The notes below the pieces were generated by a model. It did not search any database, was not told where the DNA came from, and saw nothing but the letters and a program-made list of their open reading frames with translations. Made by a program: the position numbers and the translations under genes. Shown here piece after piece: positions 27,041 to 34,617 of a stretch of 64,000 nucleotides of DNA. Within the stretch, counting starts at the first letter, position 1. Each line of letters starts with the position of its first letter. The DNA is from Gemmatimonadota bacterium (GTDB taxonomy: Bacteria > Gemmatimonadota > Gemmatimonadetes > Gemmatimonadales > GWC2-71-9): the NCBI GenBank assembly GCA_022566515.1, contig JADFIT010000001.1, forward strand, positions 16,685 through 80,684, written 5' to 3'.

Positions 27041-28708
27041 GTGCTCGTGGACTCCCCCTTTTCTCAAGCGACGCGCACCGAGAATCTAGCTGCAATCGCA
27101 GCTGATCCGGTGGACCTCCTAGTCATAGGCGCCGGGATCAACGGCGCTGGCATCGCCAGAGATGCCGCGATGCGCGGTATCCGAACCGCCCTCATCGACA
27201 AGGGCGACTTCGGCGGAGGAACCAGCGGCCGGTCGTCCAAGCTCATTCACGGCGGTCTCCGCTACCTCGAAATGGGCAACCTGGGTTTGGTTTTCGAGGC
27301 AAGCAGAGAACGACGGACCCTCATGCGGATCGCTCCCCACCTCGTGTGGCCCAGGTCCTTCATTTTCCCGATCCACTCGGGTGGGCGTCTCCCAAAGTGG
27401 AAACTAGCCGCAGGGCTCATGCTCTACGACCTGCTGGCACTATTCCGCAATGTGCGGAGGCATCGGATGTTGGGCAAGCAACGCATGCGCCGTGCCGAAC
27501 CTAATCTGCGCAGCCGAGGCCTCAAGGGCGGCGGGCGCTACTACGACGCACAATGCGATGACGCGCGGCTCACTCTCGCCAATGTCAGAAGCGCACACGA
27601 GCACGGCGCGCTGGTCGCCAACTACGTCGTCGTGGACGACTTCGAACCGGCAGACGGACGCGTCCGCCGAGTCCGGGCCACAGACCGCGTCACGAACTCA
27701 AGTTACACTTTTCGCGCCAAAGTCGTTGTAAACGCCACTGGCCCATGGTCGGACGAACTCCGCGCCAAGGACGGCAGCTCGGGCCCTGTGTTGCGCAGGA
27801 CCAAGGGCGTGCACGTGGCCGTCCCTCGGAAACGGCTGGGGAACACCGAGGCGATAGCACTGACATCACCCATCGACGGCCGGGTCATGTTTGTCGTCCC
27901 GTGGGGCGACCTGTCCTACATCGGGACGACCGACACGGACGACCTCACGGACCCAGATCTGGTGAGAGCAACCGCGGAGGATGTGATCTACCTTCTGCGT
28001 TCGGCTAACGCCCTCTTTCCAGAGGCGCGCCTACAGCCGGCCGACATCGTGTCGACCTGGGCAAGCATCCGCCCCATGGTGGCCTGTGCCGAGGCCAAGG
28101 ATCCCAGCGCCGTGTCCCGTGAACATCGGATCCTAGAGAGCGAGTCCGGGATAGTGTCGGTCATCGGGGGAAAGCTCACTACCTATAGGGCGGTCGCAGA
28201 GGAGGCGGTGAACTTGGTCGCCGCCAAGCTTCACAAGATCGATGGCAGAAGGATCGCCGGTCGCGCTCCCACAGATAAAGATCCGCTTCCCGGTGGCGCT
28301 ACTCAGGACCTGGACGTCCTGATGAAAGACATCACAAGGGAGGGTTTTAGCCGAGAGACGGCCGAACACTTGGTACGGGCATATGGCACGGAATCGGCGG
28401 CGGTTGTCAATCTGGCACAGTCAGATCCCGACCTCGCCGACGCCATCGTGAAGGGCCATCCCGCCATCCGCGCCGAGTTGGTCCATGCCATCCGCCGGGA
28501 GATGGCGATGACCCTGTCCGACCTTTTGATCCGGCGGACCCATCTCTTCTACGAAGTGTTGGGACACGCCGTACCTGAAGCCCCGAGCGTGGTCGATCTG
28601 GCTGCCCGGGAGTTGGGATGGGATGCGGGTCGCAAAGCCAGCGAGTTGGCCGCCTACCTTCAGGAGATTCAGGACGGCATGGCCTTCCGGGACGACCTCC
28701 GGGTCTGA
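27041..28708 (+). CDS. glpD: FAD-dependent glycerol-3-phosphate dehydrogenase
   Basis: GTG start. FAD motif DLLVIGAGINGAGIARDAAMRG. SSKLIHGGLRYLE. GlpD-type C-terminal helical domain. Confidence 0.88.
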   Translation: MLVDSPFSQATRTENLAAIAADPVDLLVIGAGINGAGIARDAAMRGIRTALIDKGDFGGGTSGRSSKLIHGGLRYLEMGNLGLVFEASRERRTLMRIAPHLVWPRSFIFPIHSGGRLPKWKLAAGLMLYDLLALFRNVRRHRMLGKQRMRRAEPNLRSRGLKGGGRYYDAQCDDARLTLANVRSAHEHGALVANYVVVDDFEPADGRVRRVRATDRVTNSSYTFRAKVVVNATGPWSDELRAKDGSSGPVLRRTKGVHVAVPRKRLGNTEAIALTSPIDGRVMFVVPWGDLSYIGTTDTDDLTDPDLVRATAEDVIYLLRSANALFPEARLQPADIVSTWASIRPMVACAEAKDPSAVSREHRILESESGIVSVIGGKLTTYRAVAEEAVNLVAAKLHKIDGRRIAGRAPTDKDPLPGGATQDLDVLMKDITREGFSRETAEHLVRAYGTESAAVVNLAQSDPDLADAIVKGHPAIRAELVHAIRREMAMTLSDLLIRRTHLFYEVLGHAVPEAPSVVDLAARELGWDAGRKASELAAYLQEIQDGMAFRDDLRV

Positions 28709-28802
28709 AATCCGCATCGGCCATCCCCCGGCGGTTAGATTTACACGGCTCGGCGGAACGGCGGCGTCACCTCCGACTCTCCCGATCGAAGGCAGGGGCC
28801 GG

Positions 28803-29036
28803 TTAGCGACGCTTCACCAGACCCCACAAACTCACCGCGGCCCACGTTGTCTCCAAAACAATGAAGCCGGCTCGGCGATCGTAGACCGCAACCACCGTCA
28901 GCAGCAAGGCACCGATGAGGTTGGCCCAGAGATACAGCAGCCCATGACTCTTCCACGAACCCCGCTGAAGCCTGAAAAAGGAGAGCAGGATCAATCCGGC
29001 GCCGCCAATGGACAGAATTTGCACGAGGACGTTCAT
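28803..29036 (-). CDS. Small integral membrane protein (77 aa, 2-3 TM)
   Basis: The sequence MNVLVQILSIGGAGLILLSFF...LLYLWANLIGALLLTVVAVY...AAVSLWGLVKRR is strongly hydrophobic and periodic. It resembles small conserved membrane proteins, but the family is not verified. Confidence 0.6.
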   Translation of the reverse strand: MNVLVQILSIGGAGLILLSFFRLQRGSWKSHGLLYLWANLIGALLLTVVAVYDRRAGFIVLETTWAAVSLWGLVKRR

Positions 29037-29072
29037 GGCACCAAGCCCAGTAGACAGAGTGGTTGGCTAAGA

Positions 29073-29312
29073 TTGGTAACGGCACTGACTGTTCGGGCGG
29101 TGGTCAACCCTCGCTTGGCCATCGATCTCATTCGACTGCTATGGGCCTTCCGCGCGCGAGGTTGGTACCGCAATCCGCCGTTCCTCCCCCTTCCTCCACG
29201 TGAGTACACTCGCTGGCGAATGTACACCGCTTACGGGAATGAAACCGCCATCCCGCCTGTGGAAGATGTCGTTCGCTTCGCGAGATGGCGCCGCGAGGTC
29301 ATGCATTTGTGA
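29073..29312 (+). CDS. Possible small conserved protein (79 aa, TTG start), overlapping the queG start
   Basis: Only the 3' part of track ORF 28623-29312 is free of the opposite-strand membrane gene. Its translation ...RLLWAFRARGWYRNPPFLPLPPREYTRWRMYTAYGNE... looks like a conserved motif-rich peptide. The start is uncertain. Confidence 0.35.
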   Translation: MVTALTVRAVVNPRLAIDLIRLLWAFRARGWYRNPPFLPLPPREYTRWRMYTAYGNETAIPPVEDVVRFARWRREVMHL

Positions 29313-30247
29313 ATCCTCAGAACCGGGCCGTCGCTGTGAAGGAGATGGCCTGTGGTTTGGGTTTCCACAGCTGCGGCATCACAGATCTGTCTCCCACCCC
29401 GCATAGCCAGCAATTGGCAGAATGGCTGGATAGTGGCTTCGCGGGAACCATGGCGTACATGCACCGGCAGGAGCCCCAGCGGAAGGAGCCCGCCGGCATC
29501 ATTCCCGGAGCCAATTGCGCGGTGGTAGTGACCAGGAATTATCACAGCCCCGATCCTCCGTCGAACCCCTCGCGAGGGAAGGTCGCGAAATACGCGCGAG
29601 GGAGGGACTACCACGAAGCCTTGAGCGGACCGCTACGACAATTGGCGGACGAAGTGGCACGACTAGGCGGCCCCGGCACCATCGCGAGAGCCTTTCTGGA
29701 TGCCGGACCCGTCCCGGAAAGGGAGCTGGCGCAGCGAGCCGGGTTAGGCTGGATTGGGAAGAACACAATGCTGATCGACCCTCGAGCCGGTTCCTTTCTC
29801 TTCATCGGATCAGTTCTCACCAACGCTGATCTCGCCGTGGATTCCCCGTTCGAGGCCGATAGGTGCGGCACCTGTCGGCTATGTCTCGACGCCTGCCCCA
29901 CCGACGCATTTCCCGACGAGCGGGTGTTGGACAGCAGGCTTTGCATCTCCTACCTGACCATAGAGCACCGGGGCGAGATCTCCCTCTCCCTCGCTTCTCA
30001 TATGGAAAACTGGGTCTTCGGATGTGACATCTGCCAGGACGTTTGTCCGTGGAACCACAAGTTCGCTCAACCGGCTATTGATCCCGTGCTGGAGCACAGG
30101 GCTCGACTTGCGACGGTAGATCTCCAGGAAATGGCTGAGATATCAGACGAAGAATTCGATCGTCGTTACGGCTGGACGGCGATGGAGCGCCCTGGCGCAG
30201 CCGGCATGCGTCGCAACGCTCACGCGGTGCTCTCGTCCGGCAGATAG
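29285..30247 (+). CDS. queG: tRNA epoxyqueuosine(34) reductase
   Basis: Motifs GLGWIGKNTMLI, CGTCRLCLDACPTDAF, CISYLTIEH and VFGCDICQDVCPWN are present. The exact start is uncertain; an alternative lies a few codons downstream. Confidence 0.9.
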   Translation: MAPRGHAFVNPQNRAVAVKEMACGLGFHSCGITDLSPTPHSQQLAEWLDSGFAGTMAYMHRQEPQRKEPAGIIPGANCAVVVTRNYHSPDPPSNPSRGKVAKYARGRDYHEALSGPLRQLADEVARLGGPGTIARAFLDAGPVPERELAQRAGLGWIGKNTMLIDPRAGSFLFIGSVLTNADLAVDSPFEADRCGTCRLCLDACPTDAFPDERVLDSRLCISYLTIEHRGEISLSLASHMENWVFGCDICQDVCPWNHKFAQPAIDPVLEHRARLATVDLQEMAEISDEEFDRRYGWTAMERPGAAGMRRNAHAVLSSGR

Positions 30248-30305
30248 AATCTGCTGCCAGATGTCAGGTTGTGGTGGTGAATCTGGAGGCGACAGCGGGC
30301 CTTGC

Positions 30306-31088
30306 TCAGAGACCCGTAGGGTTATCCAAGAACTTCCAGGGAATACCGAATTCCTGTTCAAGGTGGGCTGCCAGAGCCTTTACGCCGAACGTTTCCGTGG
30401 CATAGTGACCGCCGTAAATGACGTTGATCTCCCACTCCGCGGCGTCGAAGTGTGTGTGGTGGGTGCCCTCACCGGTCAAGAAGGTGTCCATCCCGGCGTC
30501 CCGCGCCTGCTCTATCATGGATCCACCCCCACCTGTCACGATCCCGATTCGTCTGACATCGGACGGACCAGCGGGAATCACATGGGGGGCGTCGCCGAGG
30601 AGGTTGGTCACCCTAGCCACCAGCGAATCTCTCGACTCACTAAGTGTCCCGGCAAGGCCGATAGCGGTTCCGTGATAATCGCCGAACGGCTGCGTATCAC
30701 TCACTCCCAGCTCTGCCGCTAGGATGGCGTTGTTTCCAACCGTGGGATGGCAATCGAGGGGGATGTGTGCACTGTAGAGCGCAATGTCGTGGTCCAGCAG
30801 TCTCTTGAGACGGCGCCAATGGCGGCCGGTAGCAGCCTGGGCGGGACCCCAAAACATTCCGTGATGAACCAATAGCAAGCTTGCCCTGCTGTCCACCGCG
30901 GCGTCAATCGTAACCTGACACGCATCGACTGCGGCGGCGATCCGTTGCACTGATCCCGAATTCTCCACCTGGAGACCGTTCAACGCCCCCGGGGCGTCGG
31001 GAATGTCGGATACCGCCAGGAAACCGTCCAGGTAAGTGACCAGCGTCTCGAGCGGTACCGACTGCCCCGGGCTGCTAGATCTGGTCAC
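30306..31088 (-). CDS. Nif3-like dinuclear metal centre protein (GTP cyclohydrolase 1 type 2 homologue)
   Basis: GTG start. LLLVHHGMFW, ALYSAHIPLD and FLTGEGTHHT...INVIYGGHYATE are characteristic of NIF3/YbgI. Confidence 0.88.
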   Translation of the reverse strand: MTRSSSPGQSVPLETLVTYLDGFLAVSDIPDAPGALNGLQVENSGSVQRIAAAVDACQVTIDAAVDSRASLLLVHHGMFWGPAQAATGRHWRRLKRLLDHDIALYSAHIPLDCHPTVGNNAILAAELGVSDTQPFGDYHGTAIGLAGTLSESRDSLVARVTNLLGDAPHVIPAGPSDVRRIGIVTGGGGSMIEQARDAGMDTFLTGEGTHHTHFDAAEWEINVIYGGHYATETFGVKALAAHLEQEFGIPWKFLDNPTGL

Positions 31089-31144
31089 CAGGCACCCTGA
31101 GTGATGGGAACACTAACATGACATCATGACGACATCATAATGAC

Positions 31145-31172
31145 ACAACGAAACGGGCGCCCTTCGGCGCCC
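31145..31172 (-). terminator. GC-rich hairpin terminator after the bactofilin gene
   Basis: On the minus strand GGGCGCC-gaag-GGCGCCC is followed by GTTTCGTTGTG. It lies ~70 nt after the bactofilin stop and before the Nif3 gene. Confidence 0.5.
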
Positions 31173-31242
31173 AAGTCATCTCGACGTAAGAGAGTGAAAA
31201 TCAACAACTTAGCAATGCACAGCTCACAAATGACTGCAATGC

Positions 31243-31767
31243 TCAATCGCTGGAGGCACCCTGTCCCACTGCCGGCTGCCATGAGATCCTGGAGGCCGGT
31301 TTCGCCTCCGATTTCTCAGCTTCGGCTTCCGATTTCCGCCCATCACTCTGGTCACCAGTAGGCAGCTCGCCGGTGCTTGGGTCTCGGGCGAGGGCCTTCG
31401 GATCTTCCATTCTGAGGTGCCCGTTGACCTCGCCACCCTCCTGGAGGAGAATCCGCTTGGTGGTAATGTCGCCATTGACTTGGGAGCCGGCTTGGACCTC
31501 CACGCGCTCATCAGCATAGATAGCCCCCCTCACTTCTCCACCAATGACGGCTTCGCGAGTCAAGATATCACCCTCGACTATGCCACCTTTAGCAACGAGA
31601 ACCTGTCGTTCGGCCCTTATGCTCCCCGATACCATTCCCTCCACCTTCACTACACCGTTGGTGTCCAGCCGGCCATCAATGCGCATTCCGGTGGCAACAA
31701 CCGAAAGTCCCGGCTCCCTTCCGGCTAGCTTGTCCTGTGAGGCAGTGCGGTCGTCCTTCTTGCCCAT
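31243..31767 (-). CDS. Bactofilin-family cytoskeletal protein
   Basis: The beta-helical DUF583 core has repeated G-x-[VI]-x-G motifs (IDGRLDTNGVVKVEGMVSGSIRAERQVLVAKGGIVEGDILTREAVIGGEVRGAIYADERVEVQAGSQVNGDI...). It is flanked by charged, disordered N- and C-terminal tails. Confidence 0.9.
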   Translation of the reverse strand: MGKKDDRTASQDKLAGREPGLSVVATGMRIDGRLDTNGVVKVEGMVSGSIRAERQVLVAKGGIVEGDILTREAVIGGEVRGAIYADERVEVQAGSQVNGDITTKRILLQEGGEVNGHLRMEDPKALARDPSTGELPTGDQSDGRKSEAEAEKSEAKPASRISWQPAVGQGASSD

Positions 31768-31771
31768 TCTG

Positions 31772-32584
31772 CTAATCCTCCCGGATCGTCGATTGTGGAT
31801 CGATTAAAATGTCGCCCCGTCTCTTTTCAAAATGCAAGTGCGGGGCCGTGGACCGTCCGGTGCTTCCTGAGAGCGCGATAACTTGGCCGGCATCCACTCT
31901 ACCTCCCGGCAAGACCAAGAGCCGTGACGCATGACCATACATCGTCCGGTATCCGTCGGGATGATCGACCAAAACAAACAGACCGTACTCCGGATGGAAA
32001 CCCGCTTCCGCCACGGTTCCGCCGCCCGCAGCACGGATGGGGGTGCCCCGGGGAACAGCGACGTCGATGCCGGGATGGGGCCGAAGCCCTTCTCCTGCAA
32101 CCGAGAACCCGCGTGTAACCATGCCGTGGACTACCGAATCGACCGGCCAATAGAGCGGTAGAGACGGTCCGCGCCTACCGTATAGTGGCTCAGCGTCCGG
32201 TTCCTTGGCAACCAGGGCAGGCAGAGTCGGCAATCCGTCCACGCGCTCAACAACGGTGGTCAGAGGCTCCGCGATGATCTCGGCTCCCAGAACCGTCCGG
32301 ATCTGGTCATATCGCGCCTCCAGTTCTTTCAGAGTTGCCGCCAATTGTTGCACCTGGTTGTTCTCTTCGGTGAGGCGCGCGATCTCGCCGTTCAATCCCG
32401 GGACACGGGCTGCGGTGCGGGCTATGGGCGTGTAGAGCACCGCCGCCAGAGCCACCAGAGCTACGAACACGATGCTGCCGACTACGAGCGTTTTAAAGAG
32501 CCACGCCGGCATCGAGTAGATCTGTGATTCAGGGTCCCCGTGCCAATGAAGCGAAATCGTGACGGTGGATCGGCTCTTGCTCAT
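31772..32584 (-). CDS. Membrane-anchored M23 (LytM-type) peptidoglycan metalloendopeptidase with coiled coil
   Basis: The protein has a ~28-aa cytoplasmic tail, one TM helix (LFKTLVVGSIVFVALVALAAVLY) and a coiled coil (EIARLTEENNQVQQLAATLKELEARYDQI). The M23 domain has intact HPGIDV (HxxxD) and PHLHFE (HxH) motifs. Confidence 0.9.
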   Translation of the reverse strand: MSKSRSTVTISLHWHGDPESQIYSMPAWLFKTLVVGSIVFVALVALAAVLYTPIARTAARVPGLNGEIARLTEENNQVQQLAATLKELEARYDQIRTVLGAEIIAEPLTTVVERVDGLPTLPALVAKEPDAEPLYGRRGPSLPLYWPVDSVVHGMVTRGFSVAGEGLRPHPGIDVAVPRGTPIRAAGGGTVAEAGFHPEYGLFVLVDHPDGYRTMYGHASRLLVLPGGRVDAGQVIALSGSTGRSTAPHLHFEKRRGDILIDPQSTIRED

Positions 32585-33465
32585 CCTTCAAAGGGTTCCC
32601 CTAGTACGATTTCCAGAATGCGTGCAAGATCGTCGTTAGAGTAAAAGTTGATCGTGACCCGCCCGCTGCCCTTTCCACGCAGCGCTACGAATACGTCCGT
32701 GCCGAGTTTCGTGCGCAGTACGTCCTCAACGCGCCTTATGTGGGCATGCTGAGGCGAATCGTTGCGGCTATACCTCGGCCGTCGCTTACTCGGCTTTTTG
32801 CTGCGCGTCAGCGCTTCTGCTTCTCGAACCGAAAGCCGATCCGTAACCATTCGCTCGGCCAGCAACGGAATCGTGCGCGCATCGCTCACCTGAAGCAGCG
32901 CGCGCGCGTGTCCGGTCGAGAGCTTACCGCCGTGAACGAGATCCTGCACCATCTGTGGCAGTCGCAACAGGCGAAGTGCATTAGCTACCGTTGAACGGTC
33001 CCTGCCAACGAGGTCACCCACCTCAGCCTGCGATACATCGAACTCGGTAATCATCCGCTTGTATCCGCGTGCTTCGTCGATGGGAGACAGCGCGTCCCGC
33101 TGTAGGTTTTCCACTAACGCCAGTGTAAGCAGGGTGCGATCATCCACCTCCCGTATTACGGCATCGATTGTTGGCCAACCCAGGGCTTCCGCGGCGCGGC
33201 ACCGCCTCTCGCCTGCGATCAACTCGAAGACGCCGTCGCCCCCAGGTCGCACGATGATCGGTTGCAACAGTCCCACCTGGTCCAAAGAGGTCTTCAGTTC
33301 AGCAAGAGCCTTTTCGTCAAACCCTTGTCGTGGTTGATATCGATTGGGACGAACGGCGCCGATAGGAATGTGTGTCAGCGAGCCGTCGGCGCGTGCTTCG
33401 ATGACCGTTGTGGGACCGAGCAGCGCCTCGAGTCCACGACCAAGACGGCGGGAGTTTTTTTCCAT
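32581..33465 (-). CDS. parB: Chromosome partitioning protein ParB (Spo0J)
   Basis: LGRGLEALLG, RPNRYQPRQ.FDE, GLLQPIIVR and LIAGERRCRAA (arginine patch) are present, with an HTH and a C-terminal dimerisation domain. Confidence 0.95.
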   Translation of the reverse strand: MEKNSRRLGRGLEALLGPTTVIEARADGSLTHIPIGAVRPNRYQPRQGFDEKALAELKTSLDQVGLLQPIIVRPGGDGVFELIAGERRCRAAEALGWPTIDAVIREVDDRTLLTLALVENLQRDALSPIDEARGYKRMITEFDVSQAEVGDLVGRDRSTVANALRLLRLPQMVQDLVHGGKLSTGHARALLQVSDARTIPLLAERMVTDRLSVREAEALTRSKKPSKRRPRYSRNDSPQHAHIRRVEDVLRTKLGTDVFVALRGKGSGRVTINFYSNDDLARILEIVLGEPFEG

Positions 33466-34284
33466 CTATACCGTTATTCTAGTGGTTACACCGGCACGTG
33501 AAGTCGATCGCGTGTCGGCTTCGCACGAGCGGACAAATTCTTGCGCAAAGGCCAAGTAGCTCTTCGCACCTACGGACTGGACATCGTAGAGCAAAATCGG
33601 CTTGCCGAAACTCGGTGCTTCGGCTATGCGAACATTGCGCGGAACCATGGTATCGAAAACTTTTCCACCGAAGTATTCCCTCGCTTCGCTAGCGACTTGC
33701 TTCGACAGATTGAGTCGTGCGTCGTACATGGTGAGTAGCACGCCTTGGATCGCCAAATCCGAGTTGAAATTCTGCTGCACGAGTTTGATGGTGTTCAGCA
33801 GCTGTGAGAGACCCTCCAAGGCGTAATACTCACACTGGATCGGGATCAAAACCGCATCTGCCGCGGTGAGCATGTTGAGCGTGAGAAGACCCAACGATGG
33901 CGGACAATCGATGAGCACGAAATCATAGTCGTCGCGCGTCGGGCGCAGCGCCTCGCGCATCGCAGTTTCACGACTGGCGGTATTCACCAATTCGATCTCT
34001 GCACCTACAAGATCCTGGGTGGCGGGAGCCACATCCAACGCTGGAAGGGCCACCCTTTTCCGAATAACCTCCTCCAACGACCGCTCGCCCATCAGCGCGT
34101 CGTAGAGGGAGAGGTCCAGCAGTTGGCGGTCGATGCCTACTCCGCTGGTCGCGTTGGCTTGGGGATCTGCATCGATTAGAAGCGTGGGCCGCTCCGCAGC
34201 CGCCAAAGACGCTGCCAAGTTGACGGCAGTCGTGGTCTTGCCGACTCCACCCTTTTGATTGGCAATCGCTACAACAATACCCAT
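33466..34284 (-). CDS. parA: Chromosome partitioning ATPase ParA (Soj)
   Basis: The deviant Walker A VAIANQKGGVGKTTTAVNLA is present, along with LLIDADPQANAT and FVLIDCPPSLG. Confidence 0.95.
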   Translation of the reverse strand: MGIVVAIANQKGGVGKTTTAVNLAASLAAAERPTLLIDADPQANATSGVGIDRQLLDLSLYDALMGERSLEEVIRKRVALPALDVAPATQDLVGAEIELVNTASRETAMREALRPTRDDYDFVLIDCPPSLGLLTLNMLTAADAVLIPIQCEYYALEGLSQLLNTIKLVQQNFNSDLAIQGVLLTMYDARLNLSKQVASEAREYFGGKVFDTMVPRNVRIAEAPSFGKPILLYDVQSVGAKSYLAFAQEFVRSCEADTRSTSRAGVTTRITV

Positions 34285-34435
34285 TCTTGTATAATGTCCT
34301 GACTGTTAATTACTTATGCAAAAGATAGCCTTGCGATCAACTCGCCGTCTGTCGCGCCGAATATAGGCCACAAGGTCTAGGGAGTAAAGCAGTTTTGCGA
34401 ATATCATGTTGGTCCTGGCACCAAGAGGCTCCGTT

Positions 34436-34451
34436 TGTTTCACGTGAAACA
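34436..34451. promoter_or_regulatory. parS centromere-like site (perfect 16-bp palindrome TGTTTCACGTGAAACA)
   Basis: Read directly from the sequence. It matches the canonical chromosomal parS consensus exactly. It lies 152 nt upstream of the parA start. Confidence 0.9.
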
Positions 34452-34617
34452 CGAACAAGTCAGGCAGCCTGCCATTTGTTTGACCGGGTCACCGCAGAGC
34501 GCGCAGAGAGGCATTCCGGAAGCTCATTGACGAGACGCGGCAGGCTCGTCTTGAGTCCCCCGCTTCATCTCCGGGGTTTCTACGGTAAATACGTCACCGC
34601 AATTCCGGCCCGGAGTA

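Noticed and set aside
28623-29072. 5' two-thirds of the 229-aa track ORF 28623-29312
   Set aside because: It is antisense to the 77-aa membrane-protein gene and overlaps the glpD 3' end. Its composition is Pro/Arg/Thr-rich and unprotein-like. Only the 3' portion (29073-29312) was kept, as a low-confidence candidate.
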